Under the pieces are notes generated by a model. It did not search any database. It was not told the origin of the DNA and saw only the letters and a list, made by a program, of their open reading frames with translations. This document shows, in pieces, positions 37,171-46,405 of a stretch of DNA of 64,000 bases. This DNA comes from a virus. Both the position numbers and the translations under genes were made by a program. The stretch lies in IMG/VR virus record IMGVR_UViG_3300034105_003474, positions 32,001 to 96,000 of that record; one strand, given 5' to 3'. Position 1 is the first letter of the stretch. Every line of letters begins with the position of its first letter.

Positions 37171-39099
37171 TCATTTGATTGGGCAAGCCCCTGTTGCGCA
37201 GTCATCAAGCGTTAGATCTAGACCTGTTGCCTGACTGAGAGGGATGCTTGTGTCAATTTTCTTTATTAGCGAGCCGTACTGTTCTGATGTGATTTCTTCG
37301 TACGGTGGCAGAGGGAAGTTGTGGTCGGCATGCAAAAGGAATGACACAGATTTCACTCCCGTGTCGTAATTCTTGGATAGCCATTCTTTGATGGATTCAA
37401 GTTCTTCCTTGCGGTAATACACGGTTACGGAAACGGCATTGTCTGCCCATTCGGTTTGCATTTTGCGCACCCACTCAAGTTGCTCCACTGCTGTCATGTT
37501 TTCTGCAAGGATTGCGTTGTCTGGTGATTTGCATGGGAACTCAACTACATAGCGTGTGTGGTCTTCTCTGCCGTCAATACCGATGTCCCAAACAACCTTG
37601 TGTCCTCGTTTGCGGAGACCCTCAACAAGGGCGTCAGACGCTCCAAAACGCACCCTACGGATGTAGAACGGTGCGAATGCTGGATGTATGCCCGGTGTTA
37701 TGCCGGGAAGCAATGAGAGCGTGCCAGATGGTTGAACTGTTGTCAATCGGACAGAACGAGGGTATCCGTTCTCCTTTGAATACTTGACATCAAATTCGTC
37801 AAGATTTCGGTAAGCCTCATCCAGCCAAGAAACCTGTTCTTCTGAAGCCTGCAATACACCCGAGATGCTTTGACCTAGTCGCGCATTCTTGGACACGATC
37901 GCATTGGTTTTGGCATACGGGTAACTGAGCCTTGTGATCTGCTTTTGCACGATATAAAGCAACTCAGATAGTTCTTTGAATTGTTCAATTGAACAGATAT
38001 TTGGGAGGAATATGGTTGAAAGGTTGCACGATTCACCGTCACCCAAACCGATTTCTGCACATGGGTTGAAGCCCTCAATTGTCTTGTCTGCACGCTCCTC
38101 TTTGAGGCGTCCAAACTTCCGTGCAAGCCTGCGGTTAACTAAACCGTACGGTTCACCACCACCCGTATAGCCCTTCCACAGTTCTGGCATGATGTGGTCG
38201 TAGTAGTCAGCGTAGATGCTGTTGTTGCTGTTGGCACGGTAGCCCGGAATTTCCCCTGATGCCCAGTTCTTCGCACGGAGGAACAGAACATCGTCAGGGT
38301 CGCCGATTGCGATCTGTGCTGAACGGCGGGATGAACCCGAAACGACAACACGACCGATGATGTTGCAAATATCTAGGACATCAATTGAGCGAAGTTTTTT
38401 ACCTTCTCGGTTTTGAAGCACCTTGGAAATATCTTCAATTCCATCAATCAGCGCTTGTGGTCCGCTTGCCGTTCCACCAAATGTCTTGAGGGGTGCGCCG
38501 AATTGGCGAATAAGAATCGTTGAATACGAGAACGACTTCCCTGTATCAAAATACGACTTCAGTACGCTGTGTAGGAGTCGCCTCCAACCCTGTCGCGAGT
38601 CAGGGACAATAATGTCCGCATCGTTTGATCGCTCGTGAGTGATTTTTACATTGGTTAGAACCTTTGGAAGGTCATGAATTTTTGCTCGCTCTACAGAGAA
38701 ACCAACTCCGCCACCAAGCATGAGGTGGTCAAAAAGGAATTCAAAATCTTCTACTTTTTCTATGTTTACGAAATAGCAGTTATTCAATGATGCCGCGTTG
38801 AACTGTTTGATGAGCGGGGTTCCGAGTTGCCATAGTGCGCGACCCGAGAATGATCCTCGCAGGTTGAATACATGGTCGTAAAGTTTTTCTGCTTGATCTT
38901 GTGTTAGCGGGGTTCCAATGTCTATTGCTCCGTTTACACAGCGTTGTACTGTTTCTGCCCAAATTTCGTTTCGGTCTAGTTCTTCAATCCTGCGGGAGTA
39001 TGTACGAAGATAGACAACTTCACCCAAACCGCTGAAACCCCATGGTGGTGTTTGCGTCTTGTAGCGGTCAACAAATTCTTGGGTGATTTTTGATGTCAT
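37171..39099 (-). CDS. nrdJ: Class II (B12-dependent) ribonucleotide reductase, monomeric RTPR type
   Basis: YLRTYSR, LNNC, NPCAEI, TTVQPSGT, C-terminal CATGACP. Confidence 0.92.
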   Translation of the reverse strand: MTSKITQEFVDRYKTQTPPWGFSGLGEVVYLRTYSRRIEELDRNEIWAETVQRCVNGAIDIGTPLTQDQAEKLYDHVFNLRGSFSGRALWQLGTPLIKQFNAASLNNCYFVNIEKVEDFEFLFDHLMLGGGVGFSVERAKIHDLPKVLTNVKITHERSNDADIIVPDSRQGWRRLLHSVLKSYFDTGKSFSYSTILIRQFGAPLKTFGGTASGPQALIDGIEDISKVLQNREGKKLRSIDVLDICNIIGRVVVSGSSRRSAQIAIGDPDDVLFLRAKNWASGEIPGYRANSNNSIYADYYDHIMPELWKGYTGGGEPYGLVNRRLARKFGRLKEERADKTIEGFNPCAEIGLGDGESCNLSTIFLPNICSIEQFKELSELLYIVQKQITRLSYPYAKTNAIVSKNARLGQSISGVLQASEEQVSWLDEAYRNLDEFDVKYSKENGYPRSVRLTTVQPSGTLSLLPGITPGIHPAFAPFYIRRVRFGASDALVEGLRKRGHKVVWDIGIDGREDHTRYVVEFPCKSPDNAILAENMTAVEQLEWVRKMQTEWADNAVSVTVYYRKEELESIKEWLSKNYDTGVKSVSFLLHADHNFPLPPYEEITSEQYGSLIKKIDTSIPLSQATGLDLTLDDCATGACPIK

Positions 39100-39172
39100 T
39101 TTGTTCTCTTTCGGTGTAGGTGCAATTTAGGCAGAGAACTATATTACAGCACCAAGGGTTTTAAGTAAAATC

Positions 39173-39472
39173 CTAATTACTAGTAAGGTTATATTTTCGT
39201 GCTTCTTCTAGAGGTATGACTTGACCAACAGCGAATTTCCGTATCTTCGTGAAAACTCCCGGTGATACTTCTTCGGGCATAAAAAAATCTTCTTCAACTC
39301 TGAATGTTTGTTTACCGTCTAAAGAGTTGAACAGTCCAAGACCAAATATTTTTGTTGGTGGTTTATGGTTATCTGGCACACAGTTGCCGCTCGGGTCACC
39401 ACACACTATGCATGCTTCCGTTGACGCCCTCAAGATTTCTATGTCACCATATATGTATTCAGGCATAAACAA
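39173..39472 (-). CDS. Hypothetical protein
   Basis: CIVCGDPSGNC motif. Confidence 0.5.
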   Translation of the reverse strand: MFMPEYIYGDIEILRASTEACIVCGDPSGNCVPDNHKPPTKIFGLGLFNSLDGKQTFRVEEDFFMPEEVSPGVFTKIRKFAVGQVIPLEEARKYNLTSN

Positions 39473-39503
39473 GTGTATCTCGCCAAAGGCTTGCTGTTCA
39501 CAT

Positions 39504-39534
39504 GAAAAAGGAGCGCCTTTCGGCGCTCCTTTCC
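39504..39534 (-). terminator. Rho-independent terminator
   Basis: AAAGGAGCGCC-TTTC-GGCGCTCCTTT. Confidence 0.7.
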
Positions 39535-39570
39535 TCTATGCGAGGGGGCATAGATCCGTGACCCATTTAA

Positions 39571-39813
39571 TTATTTTTTGGGTGCGAACTTGTTCTCTTG
39601 TTGCAAAACCTTCATTTCTTCCGCAAAAACTGCATCAAACTCGTCCTTGTAGCGGATCTGAAGAACAAAAGATGCACGACGCTTTGCCTCTAGTTTGCGC
39701 TTTGCATCAACCCTACGGGCTTCTGCGCGACGATTGCGTTCCTCTTCGGGTAGTGGCTTCCTGCCTCGGGTAACGCCTAGTTTGTTCTTCATCTGCTCAT
39801 ATGTTGTTGCCAT
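39571..39813 (-). CDS. Basic protein with AT-hook-like RGRKP
   Basis: AGGAG RBS. Confidence 0.55.
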   Translation of the reverse strand: MATTYEQMKNKLGVTRGRKPLPEEERNRRAEARRVDAKRKLEAKRRASFVLQIRYKDEFDAVFAEEMKVLQQENKFAPKK

Positions 39814-39946
39814 TGTGGCTCCTATGTGTTGTCTAGTGGGTACTTAATTAATAAGTAGATAATAACTAACCATTTGAGATAAAGCAACCCTAATTTCGTA
39901 AAAATATAGGGTGACATAGCGCATAAATAGGCTTAAATCGGGGGTT

Positions 39947-40492
39947 GTGGCGGAGACGCTAGAGGACTACACTTACGGTATGGATAATATAAACATACCT
40001 AAAACATCAATAATCACCGAATTACCTACCGTAATGAACCTAAAAGAAGCACAGTTAAATTGCCGTGACTTTGACGCAGTAATTACAGCAGGACCATCTA
40101 GGCGGGAAGTTAGCGCCTTCGGACACCCGATACATAAAGTCGTTGAATTCCACGACACCATGTTTGAGAACAACGGCGGACCATCATACGAAAATGTTGC
40201 AGAACTCATTGAGTTCGGCGTAGGAGTCCCAAAACTCTTGGTTCACTGCCATGCGGGCATTTCTCGTTCTACAGCAACAGCATGGGGAGTGGCAATCGCC
40301 AACGGTCAAGAACCTTTGGAAGCATTCCTGCAACTACAACAAAACCACCCCAACGAAAGCAGTGTTTTTAGTCGCGGATTCAAGAGAACATTCGCCCCCA
40401 ACATCCTCATAGTGAAACACCTTGACAAGTATTTCAACCTAGGTACAACCCTTCTTGAAATCCGACAGAAGCACACAGAGGGTGGCTGGTAA
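39947..40492 (+). CDS. CX5R protein tyrosine/dual-specificity phosphatase
   Basis: LLVHCHAGISRSTA active-site loop; upstream FHD; downstream PN. Confidence 0.88.
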   Translation: MAETLEDYTYGMDNINIPKTSIITELPTVMNLKEAQLNCRDFDAVITAGPSRREVSAFGHPIHKVVEFHDTMFENNGGPSYENVAELIEFGVGVPKLLVHCHAGISRSTATAWGVAIANGQEPLEAFLQLQQNHPNESSVFSRGFKRTFAPNILIVKHLDKYFNLGTTLLEIRQKHTEGGW

Positions 40493-40496
40493 AGAT

Positions 40497-41438
40497 ATGA
40501 AAGTATTTTGGAACAGCGATTACACGAACATTTCCCACGACTTTGACACATCACGCAAATCAAACAACATTGTTGCGCTGATCAAAGAAAACCAAGAAAT
40601 GCCATCACAGTTGAGACTGCATAAAGATATCCCAAATGTAGACATCTGTGATCCTTACACGAAGACCGATGTGGAAGTCACTGAAAGTTTGATCAACTCT
40701 TGGCTAACCAAAAATTATGCTGAAGCGCTGAGGACGAACAACAATAGGCTTCTGTCTGAAAGTCAAGGTTTCAGATGGTGCCCTAACACTTATGCTTTTG
40801 CTCGCGCCCATGCGCACGGGTTGATTGCGTCAGTTGATGAGGTCAAATCGGTTGGCGGCAGGTGTGGAAGTTTGTCTTCAGGTCTCCACCATGCTTCTAT
40901 GGGTTCTGGTGCGGGTTTCTGCACTATCAACGGGATTGCTTTGTCAGCGATCTACGCTCATGGGCAAGGTTTTGAGCCAATCATTCTTGACTTTGATGCC
41001 CACTGTGGCGGTGGAACAATGAACTTTCTGAACAAGTTCAACAACTCGTTGGATCACGAACAGACACCTATTCAGCATATTGATATGTCTACAAATCATT
41101 TTGATTCCTATGAAAGCGACGCAAAGTGGTCTTATCTTAATGTTCGTGGTATCAACGACGATTATCTTGACTGCATTAAAGAAGCACTTGAAATCGCCCG
41201 TCCATTAGTGACTGACAAAACTGTATTCATATACAATGCGGGTATTGACCCAATGGATGCATACGAAATTGATCAAGAAGTGATCAAACAGAGAGAAAAG
41301 TTGGTATCTAATTTCATTGGTGACAGCAAAGCAATATTCGCCCTCGCTGGTGGATACTCAGGTCAAAATACAACACGAGACGATGTGGCAAAAACGCATC
41401 TTTACAATATTTACGGATGGGCATGGAGCCAGAAATAG
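40497..41438 (+). CDS. Zn-dependent histone-deacetylase/AcuC-family deacetylase
   Basis: SGLHHA, GFC..NG, LDFDAHCGGG, YNAGIDP, LAGGY. Confidence 0.88.
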   Translation: MKVFWNSDYTNISHDFDTSRKSNNIVALIKENQEMPSQLRLHKDIPNVDICDPYTKTDVEVTESLINSWLTKNYAEALRTNNNRLLSESQGFRWCPNTYAFARAHAHGLIASVDEVKSVGGRCGSLSSGLHHASMGSGAGFCTINGIALSAIYAHGQGFEPIILDFDAHCGGGTMNFLNKFNNSLDHEQTPIQHIDMSTNHFDSYESDAKWSYLNVRGINDDYLDCIKEALEIARPLVTDKTVFIYNAGIDPMDAYEIDQEVIKQREKLVSNFIGDSKAIFALAGGYSGQNTTRDDVAKTHLYNIYGWAWSQK

Positions 41439-41692
41439 TTCACGGGTTGTACGCAACCTACACAAACATCAAATGCAGATGCACGGAGTGCAAACAAGCC
41501 GCCGCCGAATATATGCGTGCCTACAGAAAAACCAGTGCAGGTAAATCTCAGGCTAAATTTCATCAAATTGTTGCCAACAAACGGTCACAAATTGCTATTC
41601 AATGGGTGAAAAATAACCATCCTCAAGAGTGGGCTAAAATATGTGAGCAAGCATTACATGGCTTGGACAAGAAAAAAAATGGAGACAAATAA
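41423..41692 (+). CDS. Small Zn-binding protein
   Basis: HG....Y....CRC..C motif common in actinophages. Confidence 0.6.
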   Translation: MEPEIVHGLYATYTNIKCRCTECKQAAAEYMRAYRKTSAGKSQAKFHQIVANKRSQIAIQWVKNNHPQEWAKICEQALHGLDKKKNGDK

Positions 41693-41693
41693 T

Positions 41694-41924
41694 ATGGACT
41701 CAGAATATGATGAGATATTAGAGAAGTTGGAAGGTTTTATAAAAGAAACCGAAAAAAGGATCAAACAACTTGTTTCCGAAATCCAATCCCTAAAACTTGA
41801 GGTACAAGGTCTTGACCGTGGCGTTAAACAGAACCAAATCGCAAACGATCAGATCAAAGGGACATTGGGCTCCACATTAAAGACCTTGGGCGACCACTCT
41901 AAAGGGTTCGGCAAAAATGCTTGA
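41694..41924 (+). CDS. Coiled-coil hypothetical protein
   Basis: GGAG RBS; heptad pattern. Confidence 0.5.
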   Translation: MDSEYDEILEKLEGFIKETEKRIKQLVSEIQSLKLEVQGLDRGVKQNQIANDQIKGTLGSTLKTLGDHSKGFGKNA

Positions 41925-42078
41925 AAAGACATATGTAGCGGAACAAGGATTCAACCATTTAGTTAATAGCGAATTAGAAAAATTGCGCTTAGAGGTAGTG
42001 AATCTAAAGAAACAAATTGAGTATCTAAAAAGTGATTTGCGTTATCTAGAACTGCAAAACATTAAATACTTGTAGTTC

Positions 42079-42426
42079 TTATTTTGCCTTCACTACACCA
42101 TCAGGGATAACAGCAAATCGGCATTTCCCTTCAGGGGCAACAGGCAAAGCGATAATTTTGCAAGATGATCCACCTTCATAGAGAACACAATTTGAGCATT
42201 TAACCCCGATTGATGCAACCTCATTTTTTGTTGGTTCGTCGTAACCAGCCCACACTCCAGTGTAGTCCTGATTAAACTTTCCGTACTGTTTAGTGATTTG
42301 TATCAAAGCATCAGCAAGCGCTTTTTCTTCAGGGTGAAGATTCGGCTCCATCGGTTTCGGCATGCTGACGATTCTCATCGGAAGTCGCGCCATCAGCATC
42401 TCTATAATTGATTTTTCGTCGCTCAT
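42079..42426 (-). CDS. Cys-motif (HiPIP-like) protein (MSDEKS...)
   Basis: KCSNCVLY....CKII...V.PEGKC. Confidence 0.55.
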   Translation of the reverse strand: MSDEKSIIEMLMARLPMRIVSMPKPMEPNLHPEEKALADALIQITKQYGKFNQDYTGVWAGYDEPTKNEVASIGVKCSNCVLYEGGSSCKIIALPVAPEGKCRFAVIPDGVVKAK

Positions 42427-42427
42427 T

Positions 42428-42835
42428 TTACTTTGTTTCCTTTTTAAACTCCGCCCAAGTTTTATCCCCAACACCGTAATATTCTCTGGCGTTTCCTGAT
42501 TCAATCATATCAATATTCAGGCATGCTGTTTGAGCGTCATCAATTTTGTCTGATGAATAAATTCTTGCCAAAACACGACCATACTTGTCATTCTTGTCAG
42601 GAATGGTGTTAACAAAAACCCATTTGTGGTTAGTCATCCAATCTTCAACAAACTTTTTTGCTTTAATACCCAACTCTTTTTCCTTCAGATCTTTCGTTCT
42701 TGACTCTGGTGTATTGATCCCATATAGGCGAACACGAATTTTATGATGCACGCTGAAACCAAGATCAACCATAAGGTCAACCGTGTCTCCGTCAACTACT
42801 TTTAGAATTGTTGCTCCATACCAAAATCTTTCCAT
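42428..42835 (-). CDS. Staphylococcal-nuclease (thermonuclease) homologue
   Basis: VVDGDTVD, RVRLYGINTPE, DKYGRVLA. Confidence 0.9.
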   Translation of the reverse strand: MERFWYGATILKVVDGDTVDLMVDLGFSVHHKIRVRLYGINTPESRTKDLKEKELGIKAKKFVEDWMTNHKWVFVNTIPDKNDKYGRVLARIYSSDKIDDAQTACLNIDMIESGNAREYYGVGDKTWAEFKKETK

Positions 42836-42837
42836 GA

Positions 42838-43599
42838 TTAATCCTTTTCTTTGGAGTTCTTGTATCGCTCAAGCATTCGTTTTCCTTTAGCCGCTAACTC
42901 CCTGGCATCATCCGCGTTTTGGGGAACTGGTTCACCCCAAGCCGCTGCCGATAAAGCAAGCCGTGTTGGTTCACCTTTTTCATCTTTCATTGGTCCTGAA
43001 GGATTAGTGAAAAACCTTGTTAGGAATGAACCTTTTCTTCGCATCTTTTCTGGTGTGTCTGCTCTTCCCTTAACACCGGGTTTCAGGTTTGATCCTTCTG
43101 TCCTATTGAAGTGCGCTCTTCCAGCGGCAGTTAAACCACCCTTTGGATCACGCAACGGTTTAGCGGACTTCTCTTTAACGATCGGACCACCAGCAACCCA
43201 TGCGCGACAAGTTCTCTTTGATGCACACTTAAAATCAAACGCTTCGCAATAACCAAGTTCGCCAGCGCTATCAATTGCTTCCCATTCGTCCTGACGATCC
43301 CCACCAGTTACACCTTTATTGATGCAATCTTTCATGGAGGGAGTTTGAATGAAAAGCGAACAGTTGCCACACAATTGTTTTTTTGCTGAACTACTACTTA
43401 CATCCCATTCTTTCGCCAACTTATCCCAATATTCGGTATTGGGTTCAGCGGGATTCAGCGGACCATACATTGCTGTCTTGATCGCTTTGCCACGGTTACT
43501 CAGGTTCGTTGCAATATCCTGAGTCGCTTTAGGGCATTTCTTTTCCGCTTTTACCCGAACATGTATTTGTTGTTCAGCAATGATGTCAGTGAATTTCAT
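42838..43599 (-). CDS. Two-domain head-associated protein (Cys-rich domain + basic DPKGGL domain)
   Basis: CGNC...C...C...C; DPKGGLTAAGR...RRKGSFLTRF. Confidence 0.65.
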   Translation of the reverse strand: MKFTDIIAEQQIHVRVKAEKKCPKATQDIATNLSNRGKAIKTAMYGPLNPAEPNTEYWDKLAKEWDVSSSSAKKQLCGNCSLFIQTPSMKDCINKGVTGGDRQDEWEAIDSAGELGYCEAFDFKCASKRTCRAWVAGGPIVKEKSAKPLRDPKGGLTAAGRAHFNRTEGSNLKPGVKGRADTPEKMRRKGSFLTRFFTNPSGPMKDEKGEPTRLALSAAAWGEPVPQNADDARELAAKGKRMLERYKNSKEKD

Positions 43600-43624
43600 A
43601 TGTTCTCATTATCCCACAAAACAC

Positions 43625-43665
43625 AAAACCCCCGCCCGAACCTTGCGGTCAGAGCGGGGGTTTTG
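43625..43665 (-). terminator. Terminator after the major capsid gene
   Basis: AAAACCCCGC...GCGGGGTTTT. Confidence 0.75.
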
Positions 43666-43680
43666 TTAATTACTTAGTGA

Positions 43681-45006
43681 TTACGGTGCTGCTGGAGCGT
43701 TATTGAAGGTAACCTTCACGAACGACTCTGGACGCTTAACTGCAAGAGCCAAACGCTGTTCAGCAAGGATCACAATTGCGTTACGCACGAAGAAGTCTGC
43801 ATGCTGTTCGCTGATGCGAATGCTTGCTGACTCACGGTCGTAAATCTGTGCTCCCGTACCGAATGCTCCGATAAGTGCCTGACCTTCAGTCATTGCAGGG
43901 GTGTCCACAACAGGGATCCTCCACAACTTCTGCTCGCCACCCATTGCAACCGAGACTGCTACGACATAAGCGCCGTTGCCATCCTTGGTCAATTCAATGT
44001 CTTCCCAATCGTTCGGGTGCAATACAACGCCCGATGGCTCGTAGTAAGCCAAGAATGAGAGGGTAGCGGCACGACGGAGTGCGTCTGCCTTGGTGTCGCT
44101 CATACCTGCGGTTGCCGAGTAGAAACCCGACGACCAGTTGTAGGTCTGAATGCCAGTGGTGTTCATGATACCTGTAAGGTTCTCGCCCGTTCCTGAACCG
44201 TTAAGGATCTGTGCATCTTCCTGCAAGCGGAGACCGTACATCAACTCGTTGTCAATGATTGAGCGCAGTTGTGGCTCATCAGCAAGAACATTGCGGTGTG
44301 CGGCTTCCCAGTGAGCCAAGGTGCGAACAGGAGCCTGCTCACCAACGAAGGTGAAAGACGACTGTGGCTTGGCTGCAAATGCGGAACCATTACGCTCAGC
44401 AACAGGTGCCGCGTTGTTGGTGAATCCGGTCATGCGGAAGTATTCAATGATTGCAGCAGTCGTGGTGCGACTTGGGAACAAGTCACGAACACGCTTGGTG
44501 CGCATTGGAGGAACAACAAGGGCATCGCGTTGGATGGTGCCAAACTGTCCTGGGGTACCAGTTGGAAGTCCAGAGTACAAGTCTTTCTGACTGTAAACTT
44601 CACTGCTTGACTTGTATGGTGCTGGCATGTTTGCCGAACCACTTGCCAAAAGGGACTTGAACTCTGCTGAAGCAAGGAATGCCTCACCAATGCTCTTGCG
44701 ACCAAATGACTGTACTACTTGCTGTAGTTCCTGCGAAGCGTAAGCCGAAGCCTGTGCTACTGAGTCCTGTGGTTGTGAAGCCCATTGCTCAGCATCGCGC
44801 ATTGCCTCAAGACCCTCAACGAGTCCCTTGATTTCGCGGATGTCTGCCATGTTCTTGTCAAACGCGGTCTTTTGTTCTGCGGATACTACTACGGTGCCGT
44901 CTTCAATTTTGAAGTTGTCGGCGATGGTCTTGTTTTCTGCCATCTTGGTGCGCATTGCACCTTGAAGTTCAGTTAAACGGCTGTTGTCAAATGACATGTT
45001 GTTCAC
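43681..45006 (-). CDS. Major capsid protein, HK97 fold, with N-terminal coiled-coil delta domain
   Basis: TLAHW, L.D..QL.S.I...L.YGL...ED.QILNG.G, LHP.DW..I, F.RN....LAE.RLALAV.RP..FV. Confidence 0.93.
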   Translation of the reverse strand: MNNMSFDNSRLTELQGAMRTKMAENKTIADNFKIEDGTVVVSAEQKTAFDKNMADIREIKGLVEGLEAMRDAEQWASQPQDSVAQASAYASQELQQVVQSFGRKSIGEAFLASAEFKSLLASGSANMPAPYKSSSEVYSQKDLYSGLPTGTPGQFGTIQRDALVVPPMRTKRVRDLFPSRTTTAAIIEYFRMTGFTNNAAPVAERNGSAFAAKPQSSFTFVGEQAPVRTLAHWEAAHRNVLADEPQLRSIIDNELMYGLRLQEDAQILNGSGTGENLTGIMNTTGIQTYNWSSGFYSATAGMSDTKADALRRAATLSFLAYYEPSGVVLHPNDWEDIELTKDGNGAYVVAVSVAMGGEQKLWRIPVVDTPAMTEGQALIGAFGTGAQIYDRESASIRISEQHADFFVRNAIVILAEQRLALAVKRPESFVKVTFNNAPAAP

Positions 45007-45130
45007 TCCTAGTGAATTGGATTTGGTTGGTGATTACTTATGTTTTTATTGCAGACTTCGGTAAGCACCTAGTCCAGTTACTATTACTGTAATACGAGAA
45101 TAACATCAAAGTAGTATTAAAAATGCAACC

Positions 45131-46405
45131 CTATAAAATCAGACTATTTGAGTAATGTCGTTTGACCACTTTTGGGCAACATCCTTTGGAATATTTGACT
45201 CCGTATTCGCCTTCTTGGAATCCAACCCACTTTTTGCTCGTTTTACGGTTCCTCCATGGGTGATCCAACGGAAGTAGATCGTTGTCATCAAAGTATTTTA
45301 CATCGGCTGGTTTGTCGGAGTTCAGCAACGCCAAAAACTTGTAGACACGCTTCTTTGCAACATCTTTTGAACCATCTTCCAAGCCTCGTAAGAACACTAT
45401 TTTTAGGTCACGAAGGTTAGTTTTTGCTGTAGGTTTTGCTTTGGCGTTGTTGTTTCTTACTCGTACAGCCAAATCGTTGATATCGCTACTAGTCACGGTT
45501 GGTGGCTTCTTCTTAGGTTTTGGAACACCCTTAAAAGAGAGCACCCCCTCCCCGAATAAAGACTTACCCGGATTTGGGTACTGTGCAGCCTGTTGATTAT
45601 GCAGATTCCGTGCATATGTATCGGCATCTTGTATGTTTGAAAACTTACCTAAATGCTGACCGCTTCTTTGGTAGTGCTTAATGGCTTCTCGGTCGCTTAC
45701 TATTACGCCACTCCCATTAGGTCTTTTGATTACCGTAGGGATGACAACAGCCGTATTCCCTTCGGTGATTGTCATGGAACGAACCGTGCTGATAGACCCG
45801 TCGCGATTTTTCACAACAGGGCGATTATTTAAATCTATATTGCCTTTGGTTATTTCACCCTTTGGTCGTTTCTCCTGTTTAGGTGAAACCCGTGTATCAT
45901 CTGCACCACCCGGTGTGGACGCAACATAGCCGTCACCGTCGCCATCAATTGGTTTATTCCCACTACTGTCAACAGAACCACCAATGGGTGTACCTAAAAC
46001 TTTTTTCCCAAATTTGGAACCTTGTCGTCTTGGGTTGTTCCTAGGGCTGTTATCCCCTCGGATACCTGTTACACGGTTGTAGTCAGACACATTCGTGCAA
46101 GGAAGCCAAACCAGTTTTCCATCCCGTGCCGTATAGCGACGAATACCTATACATCCAAGATTGCGTGCACGGATACGGGCAGACTCAGGGTCACTGAAAG
46201 TATCAGGGTCTGTGGAACGGCTAACAAAGTTAACGAAACCCTTCTGCTCTACAGGTTTTTCTAAAGTCTGCTTTTTGTTCATGCCTTTGATGTACTCGGC
46301 AGGATTTTGATTTTTCACTATTGTAAAGTAATAAAAATCAGCCTTCTCGGCAGGGGAGAAGGTCTGTATCAGAGAGGCTAATTCTCTTGATTCTTTTGGT
46401 GTCAT
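45131..46405 (-). CDS. Multidomain head-associated protein
   Basis: A..LGC.G...WLPC domain, DGDGDG loop, GNIDLNNRPVV...HLGKF domain, C-terminal DNDLLP.DHP domain. Confidence 0.7.
   Translation of the reverse strand: MTPKESRELASLIQTFSPAEKADFYYFTIVKNQNPAEYIKGMNKKQTLEKPVEQKGFVNFVSRSTDPDTFSDPESARIRARNLGCIGIRRYTARDGKLVWLPCTNVSDYNRVTGIRGDNSPRNNPRRQGSKFGKKVLGTPIGGSVDSSGNKPIDGDGDGYVASTPGGADDTRVSPKQEKRPKGEITKGNIDLNNRPVVKNRDGSISTVRSMTITEGNTAVVIPTVIKRPNGSGVIVSDREAIKHYQRSGQHLGKFSNIQDADTYARNLHNQQAAQYPNPGKSLFGEGVLSFKGVPKPKKKPPTVTSSDINDLAVRVRNNNAKAKPTAKTNLRDLKIVFLRGLEDGSKDVAKKRVYKFLALLNSDKPADVKYFDDNDLLPLDHPWRNRKTSKKWVGFQEGEYGVKYSKGCCPKVVKRHYSNSLIL

Noticed and set aside
37171-39099. Intein or intron in nrdJ (also helicase and primase)
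   Set aside because: Lengths are normal, frames are uninterrupted and no intein splice motifs were seen.
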